NCBI GenBank assembly: GCA_038894195.1
Contig: JAWAPZ010000001.1
Location: 14,725-78,724, forward strand
Origin: Candidatus Pacearchaeota archaeon
GTDB taxonomy: Archaea; Nanobdellota; Nanobdellia; Pacearchaeales; UBA284
DNA length: 64,000 nucleotides
Direction: 5' to 3'
The notes under the pieces were generated by a model. That model was not told the DNA's origin, did not search any database, and saw nothing but the letters and a program-made list of their open reading frames with translations. Made by a program: the position numbers and the translations under genes. Positions 45,666 through 55,004 of the stretch are shown here, in pieces; the stretch's first letter is position 1, and each line of letters begins with the position of its first letter.

Positions 45666-48116
45666 TCAGAATTCCATTAAGCGTTTTTGTTTCTTGCCAA
45701 GTAGCTCATCTCTTGTTATGCCAAAAACTTCAAAGATGTTCTCAACAGCTGGAATTAATTGATGTTCTAAATAGTATGAAATGTTATATTCACCTTTTTC
45801 ATCAGGCAACTTAACTTTTTCTCTTACAAGAGCTTTTTTGTCTCGTGTTTCTGCGATAAAATAACTTATCAGCATACCAGCACTTAAAGGCATTCCCTGT
45901 TCTTGCATTTTTTTAGCAGCAATGACATGTGGTGTTATTGCTTTATATTCTGCCAAAGGTTTTTTAAGCTGTATTCTTATAATTATTTCCTCTTTTGAAA
46001 CATCTCTCCTTTTTAATTTCTCTACTGTTTCTCTAAAAATTTTTATAGCAGTATGCTCATTACCATCTTCAAGTATTTTTCTAAGAATTTGATTTTGTAG
46101 ATTACGGGCTAAATTACACCACTCCCTTCTTACTGTCTCAAAACCTCTTATCTTGAGTTTTCCATCTTCAGTTATTAAAGCATACTTCTTTTTTGCTCCG
46201 AACTCGCCCGTTCTTTTTGTAACCCATAAACCTCTTTTATAAAAATCTTCAAGCTCTAACTCCATTATTCCAGGTAGTTCAGAATTTAGTTTTTTTAAAA
46301 GTTCTAGAACATCTTTTTTAGTTTTTTTTCCCAAACAAAAAGCAATACTGTCTGTGTCTCCATAAATTACTTGATAGCCTGCTTTTTCAACCTTGTCAAT
46401 AGTTTCTTTATTAAATTTTCTTACAAACGCTAGAATTGAAGCTGAACTTTCAAGAGAGTAGTATCTTGCACCAAAGAACCCTATATAGCCATGAACAGCA
46501 GCTGTAAGTAATTTAAAAGCATTGCTCCTTGCTTTTGTTATTGGTGATGGATTTGCTTTATATTCTTGCTTGCATTCTTTCCTCTTTTTAATTAGTTCTT
46601 TGAACATTAGTGGCAAAAAACTTGGTTGTTTCGAAAAATAGAATTTTTTTTTGCTTCCCTGCCAGTCAACTTCAGGACTTTCATAAAAATCTTGTTTTTG
46701 CGGTTTTTCTAAGAGTGAGGCCTTTGAAATATTAAATGAAACAATTATGCTTGTATGCATGCTAGTAAAATCAAAAATACATATATTTTCATACAACCCT
46801 GCTTTAGGTTGTAAAACAAAAGCACCTTCAACGCGTTCTCTTTGTCTTCTTTCTGATATCTCATCATGTAAAGGACGTTTTTCAGCAATTTCATTGTAAT
46901 GTTCTAAATGATGCAGGATATAGTCCTCAAGCAACTGAGACATCGAATCTCTCGTGATTTTAAACAAAGGTTCTTTTATTATTTTACAAAATTCTAACAT
47001 ATCTGGCCAAAGCTTTTCAGTAAGTTTAAAGGTTAATAAAGAATCTTGAAGATTGTATTCAAAATAATCACGCCACTCTTCATCTTTCATTTTACTTGAA
47101 TGCTTGTGATTAAATTCTTTTTTGCCTTCACCCAGCAACTCAGAAGCAACCTCATCTAAACCCAAAGTCTCACTTTGGAGATACTGTGCATAAACTGTCT
47201 CGATAAATCTCAGAAGATCAACATGAACTATTCCAAAAATTTGCCCCGAAGATATTCTTCCCCGCGTAAAGGCCGGCTGACTGTCATCGAGACCCACTGA
47301 TAATTTTGTTTTGTTTTTTTCAGCCCTGGCACGCAAGTAAGGCAAGTCAAAACCATCTGAAAAATAACCAACAAGTATGTCAGGAGCAATTTTTTTTATG
47401 TAATTTACAAAAGATTCAATCATTTCAGCTTCATCTTTAAAGCATTCGACAAATTCTTGTTTAGGAGCTTTTTTCCATGTCAAAACTTTTTTAAAATTGT
47501 CAGAAACTAAAGAAATCATTAAAATTTCTCCCTTGCCTATATCAAATTCGTCTGCTTCTATGTCAAATGCAAGAATTTTTGGGTTAAATTCCCTTTTTTC
47601 TTTTAAGAGTTCTGCTTTTTCAAGCATCAAACAAAGATCGATGTCAAGATTGTTGAGGCCAGCAAAATCAGTAACCTCGCCTGAAATTCTATACCATTGT
47701 AATGGCTCTAGTTTTTTTTCTATAATGTATTTAGTTATTATGTTTATATCATACTCACGACATGCCTCTATTTCATCAAAGTCAAGGTGATCTGCTATTA
47801 GATGCGCATCTTTGTAATTTGTTATAAAAATTTTCAGAGCTTTAACTTTTTTGCCGAGAAAGTTTTTTTCATGTAGTTCAACTCTTTCTACTTTACATTT
47901 TCTTGGTTCATTTATCTTAACACCTTCAATTTTCGTTTTTATTTCTTCGATCTTTTTTCCTGATAAATCTTTTTTAAGAATGGCCCAAAAATAAGGTTCG
48001 TAAGAATCAACAAGACAAACTCTTTTGCCTTTGTTGTCTCTACCAATGATTCTTACATAATTTCTTCCTTGCCAATCAAAGTAATCATAGTCTATAGGAA
48101 TAAACTCGAGTTCCAT
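45666..48116 (-). CDS. polB: family B DNA polymerase
   Basis: Exo I LAFDIEADE, Pol motif YGDTDS and the KLLTAAVHGYIGF region. 816 aa with contiguous motifs, so no intein. Confidence 0.95.
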   Translation of the reverse strand: MELEFIPIDYDYFDWQGRNYVRIIGRDNKGKRVCLVDSYEPYFWAILKKDLSGKKIEEIKTKIEGVKINEPRKCKVERVELHEKNFLGKKVKALKIFITNYKDAHLIADHLDFDEIEACREYDINIITKYIIEKKLEPLQWYRISGEVTDFAGLNNLDIDLCLMLEKAELLKEKREFNPKILAFDIEADEFDIGKGEILMISLVSDNFKKVLTWKKAPKQEFVECFKDEAEMIESFVNYIKKIAPDILVGYFSDGFDLPYLRARAEKNKTKLSVGLDDSQPAFTRGRISSGQIFGIVHVDLLRFIETVYAQYLQSETLGLDEVASELLGEGKKEFNHKHSSKMKDEEWRDYFEYNLQDSLLTFKLTEKLWPDMLEFCKIIKEPLFKITRDSMSQLLEDYILHHLEHYNEIAEKRPLHDEISERRQRERVEGAFVLQPKAGLYENICIFDFTSMHTSIIVSFNISKASLLEKPQKQDFYESPEVDWQGSKKKFYFSKQPSFLPLMFKELIKKRKECKQEYKANPSPITKARSNAFKLLTAAVHGYIGFFGARYYSLESSASILAFVRKFNKETIDKVEKAGYQVIYGDTDSIAFCLGKKTKKDVLELLKKLNSELPGIMELELEDFYKRGLWVTKRTGEFGAKKKYALITEDGKLKIRGFETVRREWCNLARNLQNQILRKILEDGNEHTAIKIFRETVEKLKRRDVSKEEIIIRIQLKKPLAEYKAITPHVIAAKKMQEQGMPLSAGMLISYFIAETRDKKALVREKVKLPDEKGEYNISYYLEHQLIPAVENIFEVFGITRDELLGKKQKRLMEF

Positions 48117-48244
48117 AAAATTAAAAGAATTTAAAAACTTATAAATTTTAGTTTAAACAGAAGTCTCTTATAATTAAATTTTTTATTATTAATTAGTAGT
48201 TAAAAAACTAAAGATTTAAATATGCATATTTTTTGATAAATAAA

Positions 48245-48604
48245 ATGTCAGATGAAATTAGAGGATGGTTTTGGAAAGGACTCGGACTGGTACTCATGGG
48301 GCTAAGCGGGTTAACTTTAGGTATGCTCTGTGGAATGGTAAAGAGATGCGAGGATTCCTCCGTACCAGTTTCAATTTATATTATAGACTTAAATAGAGAC
48401 AGCCTATCTGATTTGATTGTGGAAACTAAGGGGATATATAGTAGATATAGATTTCCCTTGATTAATCAAGGGAATGGATGTTATAAAAGCGTAGACAAGG
48501 TGGTAAAAGAACGTGCAAACTCTGTAGAACAAATTGTAGACTCTTTAGAAAAAGTTGCAAAACAATATGTAACCTCATCAAAACAACTTGAAAAAAAATT
48601 ATAA
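48245..48604 (+). CDS. hypothetical membrane-anchored protein
   Basis: ORF with N-terminal TM WKGLGLVLMGLSGLTLGMLCGMV. The TATA-like AAAGATTTAAATATGC lies about 26 nt upstream of the ATG at 48245. Confidence 0.45.
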   Translation: MSDEIRGWFWKGLGLVLMGLSGLTLGMLCGMVKRCEDSSVPVSIYIIDLNRDSLSDLIVETKGIYSRYRFPLINQGNGCYKSVDKVVKERANSVEQIVDSLEKVAKQYVTSSKQLEKKL

Positions 48605-48904
48605 AATATTAAGAAGTTATTAAAAAGTAAAAAATAAATCTCTTTTAACGATAACAACACAGGATTGCAGCTAATAACCTATTCAATAATTCGTGAATCC
48701 TATGCTTATTTTTACAATAACATGGAGAATTTGTTGGTTTAGAGACGCTCAAGAAAATGTATAAAACTAGGAAAAGGCTTAATTTTTGTTTTTCAAAGAA
48801 AAAGGGGAATACAACAGACAGGCAATTCAAACCCACAATAAATTAATAGAAGTATTAGTAGAAAGATTTAAAAATCTTGACTATGTGATAGTAACAATGA
48901 AAAA

Positions 48905-49291
48905 ATGAGAACCAAGAATTTAGTAAGCCTTGTGCTTGGAGCAATCGCTGGTAGTTATCTTCTTGTAAAAAGTATAGATACAAATATAAAATTGAATAAA
49001 GCTATTGCACCGTTAAGAGAAGAATTCAAAAAAACTGCTCTAACTGCACCATATCAAGTTAAAACCATCACTAGTGGCTTAGATGAAAGAACTATTCTAG
49101 ATTATGGTGGGAAGTTAGATGAAATTTTAAAAAAAAGAGACGAAATTTTAAAAAATAGATATGCTATACCAGTTGGATGGAACGTTTTTGGGGAATACAA
49201 TAATAAAATACTTAAAATATGTCCTGGTCCTTGCCTGGTCCTTTCTCTCAATCCTTTTTGTAATACTAAAATAAATTATAATCCAAACTAA
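48905..49291 (+). CDS. hypothetical protein with N-terminal hydrophobic segment
   Basis: ORF only. Confidence 0.4.
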   Translation: MRTKNLVSLVLGAIAGSYLLVKSIDTNIKLNKAIAPLREEFKKTALTAPYQVKTITSGLDERTILDYGGKLDEILKKRDEILKNRYAIPVGWNVFGEYNNKILKICPGPCLVLSLNPFCNTKINYNPN

Positions 49292-49292
49292 A

Positions 49293-49685
49293 ATGCTCGA
49301 AATAAGTTTAGAAAAAATGAGGGAGGAAATTGGACGCAAAATTAGTAAAGACGAATTGCCAAAAATAAATAAAAAAGCTCCAGAAATTGTTCGCAAAGCT
49401 TTAGATTTTTTAACAGAAGCAACTTATTTGACTATTTCAGGAGTTCCTCCAGGAATCGGATATCAAAAAGAAATAGATTGGATTATTAGAAGGTACGGAG
49501 CTAAAATACAAAAGTTATCTGGAGAAATTTTTGATCTTATCGAGCAGTATAAAAAATTAAAGGAGGATGATCTTGCTGGGTCACAGGATATTTCAGAAAA
49601 GTTAGTTCCAGCAGTTAGAAAAGCTCTCGAAGAATACAGGAAACATAAAAAAATACATCAAGAACTAAAATTATTTAAGTTCTGA
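49293..49685 (+). CDS. hypothetical protein
   Basis: ORF. It starts 2 nt after the previous stop, suggesting co-transcription. Confidence 0.45.
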   Translation: MLEISLEKMREEIGRKISKDELPKINKKAPEIVRKALDFLTEATYLTISGVPPGIGYQKEIDWIIRRYGAKIQKLSGEIFDLIEQYKKLKEDDLAGSQDISEKLVPAVRKALEEYRKHKKIHQELKLFKF

Positions 49686-49700
49686 TTTCTTTAAGAATTT

Positions 49701-50735
49701 ATGGGTTTGCAAATAGGTGAATTAGTGCCAAAGAAAAGCATAAAACTTGAAAATCTAAAAGGTAAGGTTATTGCAGTTGATGCTTTCAATACTATTTATC
49801 AGTTTCTTGCGAACATAAGACAACCTGATGGTACTCCTTTGATGGATTCTAAAGGCAGAATAACTTCACATTTAAGTGGATTATTCTATAGAACAATCAA
49901 CTTGATGACTCTTGGCTTAAAACTTGTTTATGTTTTCGATGGAAAGCCGCCAGAACTAAAAAAAGAAACTGCATTGGAGCGTGAAGAAAGAAAACGAGAA
50001 GCTTATCAAAAATACGAAAAAGCGCGTGAAGAAGGTGTAAAAGAAGAAATGTTTAAGTATGCTAAACAAACAATAAAACTTGATGACGAAATGATCCAAG
50101 AAAGTAAAAAACTTTTACAAGATTTAGGTTTGCCGGTGATTCAGGCACCTAGCGAGGGAGAATCTCAAGCAGCTTTTATTGCTAGAAAAGAAGCTTTTGC
50201 AGTTGCTTCACAAGATTACGATTCTTTGCTTTTTGGAGCTCCAAGACTTATACAAAATTTAACTCTGGCAAGAAAAAGAAAACTAGCTTCCGGTGCTTTT
50301 ATTCCTATAGAGCCAGAGATTATCGAGCTTGAAGATGTTTTAAATTCTTTACAAATCAATCTAGATCAACTTATATGTTTAGGTATTCTTAGTGGTACTG
50401 ATTTTAATCCTGGTGGAATTCGTGGAATAGGACCAAAGAAAGCTTTAGAGATTGTAAAAAAATACAAACAACCAGTTTTAATTTTTCAAGCAGTTGCAAA
50501 ACAGCTTGAGCAACAAGAGACGCCGTTTGATTGGAAAGAAATTTTTGAATTATTCAAGAAACCGAATGTTACTAAAGAATATAAGATAAAATTTTCCAAA
50601 ATTAAAGTAGATAACATCAAAAGATTGCTTTGCAAGGAACATGATTTTTCTGATGAACGTGTAGATAATGCTCTAAAGAAACTAGAAGAAGCCAGGGAGG
50701 AAAGTAAGCAGAAAGGCCTTAGCGAGTTTATTTAA
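49701..50735 (+). CDS. fen: flap endonuclease 1
   Basis: MGLQIGELVPKKSIKLENLKGKVIAVDAFNTIYQFL is the canonical archaeal FEN1 N-terminus. The GTDFNPGGIRGIGPKKA helix-3-turn-helix region is also present. Confidence 0.95.
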   Translation: MGLQIGELVPKKSIKLENLKGKVIAVDAFNTIYQFLANIRQPDGTPLMDSKGRITSHLSGLFYRTINLMTLGLKLVYVFDGKPPELKKETALEREERKREAYQKYEKAREEGVKEEMFKYAKQTIKLDDEMIQESKKLLQDLGLPVIQAPSEGESQAAFIARKEAFAVASQDYDSLLFGAPRLIQNLTLARKRKLASGAFIPIEPEIIELEDVLNSLQINLDQLICLGILSGTDFNPGGIRGIGPKKALEIVKKYKQPVLIFQAVAKQLEQQETPFDWKEIFELFKKPNVTKEYKIKFSKIKVDNIKRLLCKEHDFSDERVDNALKKLEEAREESKQKGLSEFI

Positions 50736-50904
50736 AAACCTAAAAATGTATAAAAGTTTCTAGAAAAGAGAAAAGTCAAAACTGAAAAAATTCTAATTTT
50801 CTTTTATCAAAATGCTATTGAGAATAAAAAGACAAAAATCAGGTCTCGAGCAAACTAAAAGTATTTTTATGAAAAACGAATGTTTTTATGCCAGCATTCT
50901 AATT

Positions 50905-51126
50905 CTAGTAAATAATTTTTCTTTCAGTTAGAGCTATAATAATCATAATTATTGAAAGTATAAATATAAGAATTATATAAAATAAACTGCTTGATGGCAT
51001 AAAAGCAACTTTTTCTGAAATAGCTAAGCCAAAAATTCTAACCCTGCCAACTTCTTTTACCAGTGCTATCCCACTGATGAGTAAAAATAATACTCCAAAC
51101 AAAAACATTAATTCACGGATTCTCAT
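50905..51126 (-). CDS. small two-TM membrane protein (paralogue of 51139-51345)
   Basis: ORF with two hydrophobic helices. The second helix LFYIILIFILSIIMIII parallels VYFIILIVIGVLAIIIS in the neighbouring gene. Confidence 0.45.
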   Translation of the reverse strand: MRIRELMFLFGVLFLLISGIALVKEVGRVRIFGLAISEKVAFMPSSSLFYIILIFILSIIMIIIALTERKIIY

Positions 51127-51138
51127 TTTAAATTTTAT

Positions 51139-51345
51139 CTAACCAATGTATTTTTTTGAACTGGAAGAGATTATTATTGCTAAAACTCCAATAACTATTA
51201 AAATAATAAAATAAACTGTTGGGTCGCCTGGAAATTGCTTAAGTCTTTCTGTAAAGAGTCCTTTTGTCATTGCAAGTCCGAGCAAAGAGACTATAATTAC
51301 TATAATACCGAACAGAGACACAATAAAACTCGATACTGCTTTCAT
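51139..51345 (-). CDS. small two-TM membrane protein (paralogue of 50905-51126)
   Basis: ORF with the same two-helix hairpin architecture as its neighbour. Confidence 0.45.
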   Translation of the reverse strand: MKAVSSFIVSLFGIIVIIVSLLGLAMTKGLFTERLKQFPGDPTVYFIILIVIGVLAIIISSSSKKYIG

Positions 51346-51461
51346 TTTCTCTTTTTATTTTTTAAGCTTTTTGGATTTATAAAGTTGTCGATAAAAGGAT
51401 TTATTAAGTTTATGATTGTACGCAATTATAGTAAGGGTTTTTTTAGGTTAATAAAACTTAA

Positions 51462-52661
51462 TTAGGCGGTAACCTTCAGTTCAATTGAGCAATTTTTAAG
51501 TAGCCAATCACTATCGATACAAGAAGCTTCCACTCCAACAATAGCCCCGCTTGCTTCACTGATTGTAACTGTCCTCTGAAGGCTCTTTGCATTGTCATGC
51601 CTTATATTACCTATTGTTATATTTCCATATTTTAACTCGGCATCATAAGGCGGGGTACCACCAGACCACCATACCTTAATTTTTATTTTTTCTCCTCTTT
51701 TAACCATAGCTTTGGCTATTTGGCCTGGTCCTACTTCTGTTCCTTTAATTTGCATGTGAATCGCTAAAGGTTCACCTTTAGTTTTTCGTGGCTTTGATGG
51801 TGGCTGCGGAGGGACACCCGAAGCTCCTTCGACATAAATTGTTACCTTTTTTGTAACGCTCTTTCCATCCTTGCCGATTGCAGTTCCAAAATAAGTTGTT
51901 GTTGTATTTGGAATTACGTTTAGACGTCCTGAAAGAGGCAAGCTTTGGCTATTAATACTAAACTGAACGGCATTTTCTGTTTTCCAAAGCAAGGTCGAGC
52001 TTTCGCTTTTTTTTATCCTTGATCTCGTCGCCCAAAACTTGAATTTAATTTTTTTAGCTTTACCTTGTTCAGAAATTTCTTTAATTGCTCGTCTCTTTTC
52101 CTCTGGCATAACTTCCCATGCTCCTTTTTCTTCAACTTTTTTTGAAATGGTCCTAATTAACATCCATAGTGCTATTAAAATCAGGATACCCATAAGGACA
52201 TTCAAAAAAGTGCATGCATTTGAAGGCAGAGTTCCCTGTGGGGGGCACAAAGCTTCTTGACCAAGTGCAAACCATGCTACTGGAATAACAAATAAAAGCA
52301 TTATTGTTGCAGCTTTTTTACGTTTAGATAGAAGCATCAAAAGAGCAACTATTATTATAAAAACAATAAATACGACCCACCAATCAAATTTTTCAAAAAT
52401 TAAACCATATTTTGCTATTATACTAAAACTACCAGCTACTCCCAAAACAAAGGATATTATTACAGCCACGCCCATGCTTGAGGCAAACACTTTTTTAAGA
52501 ACAAGAAAGCAAATTGCAAAAACTAATAAAAAAAGTAGGGCTGCATTAAACCACTCATTGCTTAACAGATTTGTCAAAGAAAAGGGTTGAGCTAAAGCGG
52601 AATTTAAGCTAAGAACTGAAATAAGTAAAGTTGTCAGTAAATTAAATAAACCTCTTTTCAT
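51462..52661 (-). CDS. polytopic membrane protein with signal peptide and C-terminal Ig-like/beta-sandwich domains
   Basis: Signal LLISVLSLNSALA-QP and 4-5 TM helices. STLLWKTENAVQFSINSQSLPLSGRLNVIPNTTTTYFGTAIGKDGKSVTKKVTIYV follows a common bacterial Ig-like domain pattern. Confidence 0.6.
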   Translation of the reverse strand: MKRGLFNLLTTLLISVLSLNSALAQPFSLTNLLSNEWFNAALLFLLVFAICFLVLKKVFASSMGVAVIISFVLGVAGSFSIIAKYGLIFEKFDWWVVFIVFIIIVALLMLLSKRKKAATIMLLFVIPVAWFALGQEALCPPQGTLPSNACTFLNVLMGILILIALWMLIRTISKKVEEKGAWEVMPEEKRRAIKEISEQGKAKKIKFKFWATRSRIKKSESSTLLWKTENAVQFSINSQSLPLSGRLNVIPNTTTTYFGTAIGKDGKSVTKKVTIYVEGASGVPPQPPSKPRKTKGEPLAIHMQIKGTEVGPGQIAKAMVKRGEKIKIKVWWSGGTPPYDAELKYGNITIGNIRHDNAKSLQRTVTISEASGAIVGVEASCIDSDWLLKNCSIELKVTA

Positions 52662-52702
52662 TTATTCTCAAAGCGAATGATGTTTAAAAAGTTTTTTCAA
52701 TC

Positions 52703-53266
52703 TTAAGAAGTTTGTATCGGAATCATAAATTGTTTCTTTTGCTTTGGTTTTAAAATAGATACAAAAAAAATTATTATTGCTACGACGAGTAAAATGCCAA
52801 GTATAACATCAATAATTATTATAAAATTAGAGGGAATCCCATAACTTACTTTTTCTTTTATGAATATAAACCATGCTAAGGGAATCGCAAAGAAAAGTAA
52901 ACTAATAAGTGTATCCTGACCCCCTTTAAAAATGATTCTGATTATAAATACTATTAAGCCTGCTAGTAACAAAAAAACCCAGACATCAAGTTTTGGCACT
53001 ATTGGGCCAAACGTATTTAAAACACCAAAACTTCCAGCAAGACCAAGAACTAAAGAGATTATAAGGGCCATGCCCGGGGTCGAGTGAAAAATATCTTGTA
53101 ATACAACCCAGCAGACAAAGAAAATCACGAGAAATAAAACAATCCAGTTAAAAGTAAATCCTTGTGTAATTTCTTGTATTGTTACTGCATCTGCAAGATA
53201 AAAATTAATAAAAAAAAGTAGCGAAAAAATTAAGACAAGAAGAAAGGATTTAAGATTTAAGTTCAT
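52703..53266 (-). CDS. polytopic membrane protein, paralogue of the N-terminal half of 51462-52661
   Basis: VLQDIFHSTPGMALIISLVLGLAGSFGVLNTFGPIVPKLDVWVF aligns with VLKKVFASSMGVAVIISFVLGVAGSFSIIAKYGLIFEKFDWWVV. Confidence 0.55.
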   Translation of the reverse strand: MNLNLKSFLLVLIFSLLFFINFYLADAVTIQEITQGFTFNWIVLFLVIFFVCWVVLQDIFHSTPGMALIISLVLGLAGSFGVLNTFGPIVPKLDVWVFLLLAGLIVFIIRIIFKGGQDTLISLLFFAIPLAWFIFIKEKVSYGIPSNFIIIIDVILGILLVVAIIIFFVSILKPKQKKQFMIPIQTS

Positions 53267-53323
53267 TTTTTATTTTCTCCTCTTTTTGTTTTATTATTAT
53301 CTCTCGTTGTTTTATTATTCCTT

Positions 53324-54043
53324 TTATTCGGGTTCTAATTCTAGAATTAACCTGTCTTCATCAATTGTCCAAGAAAGTATTCCTAAACTCACTGGAATTG
53401 CTTTAAAATATGCTCTTTCTTGATTTTTTTCTTTTGCAAGAGCCTTAATTTCGATACTATTTCCAAGATGATTTATTATGGTCTTATCTTCTGAAATCCC
53501 AGGCATTTCAAGTTCATAAATCACCTTATCGGCTAACCTCCTTACCTGTGTTCTAGGTTCTAATTTTTTGAGTTTTGAAAATTTTTCTAGGTCATTTTTG
53601 CTGAAATTTTTTGTTTTAGTTAGTTCATCTATTTTTGATTGTATTTTTGGTTCTGAAATTTTTTGTTTTATTGGTGGTCTACCAAGTTGAGATACCCTTA
53701 TAACCGGTTTTCCATCAATATTTGTTATGTTAATAAAAAAACCCTTTGTCATGATATGCGGTTTCCCTTCTATTTTTTCATTTTTCTGAGCTTTTTCAAG
53801 CTCATAGAGTTCGCGAGTCAGGTCCTTAGTTAGTTGTTTTATTACCCCTTTCATTGGTAATTTAAGAAAAAAAGGCATTTTCATACTTTTCTGAATTTCT
53901 TTCTCAATCTGCTCCATTTCATCAAACAAAGAATCTGGTTTTTTCTCGTCTTTCTCTAGCTGCTTTCCACAAAAGGGGCAGAACCTGTATTTTTGCAGTA
54001 CTTTTCTTCCACATTTCGAACATTCTAACTTTTTCTTGAACAT
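53324..54043 (-). CDS. zinc-ribbon protein with C-terminal Hsp20/alpha-crystallin-like domain
   Basis: CSKCGRKV...CPFCGKQL zinc ribbon. The C-terminal VIYELEMPGISEDKTIINHLGNSIEIKA...AYFKAIPVSLGILSWTIDEDRLILEL resembles a small-HSP beta-sandwich. The ATG at 54043 is supported by TATA spacing. Confidence 0.5.
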   Translation of the reverse strand: MFKKKLECSKCGRKVLQKYRFCPFCGKQLEKDEKKPDSLFDEMEQIEKEIQKSMKMPFFLKLPMKGVIKQLTKDLTRELYELEKAQKNEKIEGKPHIMTKGFFINITNIDGKPVIRVSQLGRPPIKQKISEPKIQSKIDELTKTKNFSKNDLEKFSKLKKLEPRTQVRRLADKVIYELEMPGISEDKTIINHLGNSIEIKALAKEKNQERAYFKAIPVSLGILSWTIDEDRLILELEPE

Positions 54044-54063
54044 GCGACAAGAAAGTATTGGAG

Positions 54064-54073
54064 ATTTATAAAG
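54064..54073 (-). promoter_or_regulatory. TATA-like box CTTTATAAAT
   Basis: Centred 25 nt upstream of the ATG at 54043 (MFKKKLECSKCG). This argues against the longer ORF-track start at 54115. Confidence 0.45.
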
Positions 54074-54176
54074 GTTTATATGGTGGTTTGATTTCGCAAA
54101 GTTTTTTGTTACCACTTAGGAATAGCTCATATAGAAAGATTTATAAAGTAGTTTTTTTATATTTTAATGTGAAAAA

Positions 54177-54905
54177 ATGGCAAACAATCAGTTGTATACT
54201 AATTTGAAAAAATATTTGAAGGAATATGAATTTTTTGCTGAAAAAAAAGATCCGAATGATCCAGCAACTAGATTATTGCTAGGGAAAAAACTTACTCCTA
54301 ATAATCCAAACCATTACATGCCTGCTTCTGAAACAGAAGTTCGCCAGGTTTTAGACATTGGGCAAGGTCTTGCTCAGCAGAATATAGCACGTACTGCAAA
54401 AGGTGGTTTAGAAAAAATTATTAATACTCTTGATGGCGATACTTTACTTAGTCTTACTTTTAACCTTTTACCTGCTAAGGAAGGGGTAGGTAATAAAGAG
54501 GTGACCGAGTTACATAAAAAGTATCAAGCATTAAGGACAGCTATGCTAGCACAAAATCTAGATCTCATGCTACAATTATACTCGGATAATGTTGGAGTTC
54601 CAAAAGACTACGAACAGATTAAAGATACAATAGTATATTGGTTAAGTTTAGATGAAAAAAGATTACAAGTTAGTTGTGGTGCGCTTCTTGAACATTATTT
54701 TGCAAAAGCAAAAGAAAAATTCAGCGAGGATGTTAAGCAAGATAAGGAAACTAAAAAAGTATTGAAAAAAGAAAAAGTAGTTGAATATATGAAAAACGTT
54801 TATACAAGAACAGATGAAGAAAAACAAGTACCATATTTAGTGGGTCTTGCAGAAACATATGTGAAAGCTACAGAAAAAAGTGCTTCACAGAGTTCACGCA
54901 CATGA
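54177..54905 (+). CDS. hypothetical protein (242 aa, helical)
   Basis: ORF only. No motif recognised. Confidence 0.5.
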   Translation: MANNQLYTNLKKYLKEYEFFAEKKDPNDPATRLLLGKKLTPNNPNHYMPASETEVRQVLDIGQGLAQQNIARTAKGGLEKIINTLDGDTLLSLTFNLLPAKEGVGNKEVTELHKKYQALRTAMLAQNLDLMLQLYSDNVGVPKDYEQIKDTIVYWLSLDEKRLQVSCGALLEHYFAKAKEKFSEDVKQDKETKKVLKKEKVVEYMKNVYTRTDEEKQVPYLVGLAETYVKATEKSASQSSRT

Positions 54906-55004
54906 TAATGATTAAACAACTAAGCACAAACAAAGGTACAAATTTTGTTAATAATTTGCTTCTATCTTTAGCATGCTGTTCTTTTTAGTATTTGCCAAAA
55001 CTAG

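Noticed and set aside
45666-48116. Inteins in PolB (also considered for gyrA, gyrB, valS and ppdK)
   Set aside because: Protein lengths are normal for intein-free versions. The catalytic motifs (FDIE, YGDTDS; HPHGD, RYTEARL and others) are contiguous, and no Cys/Ser...HN splice-junction insertions are visible.
48645-48836. 63-aa minus-strand ORF in the 300-bp spacer 48605-48904; also a check for a structured RNA there
   Set aside because: There is no promoter or SD context, the composition is odd, and only a weak 6-bp stem (AGGATT/AATCCT) is present. Evidence is insufficient for either a CDS or an ncRNA.
51235-51465. 76-aa plus-strand ORF in the spacer between the small membrane genes and 51462-52661
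   Set aside because: It largely overlaps the minus-strand gene 51139-51345 in antisense and continues through AT-rich promoter-like sequence. It has no motif. It is treated as spurious.
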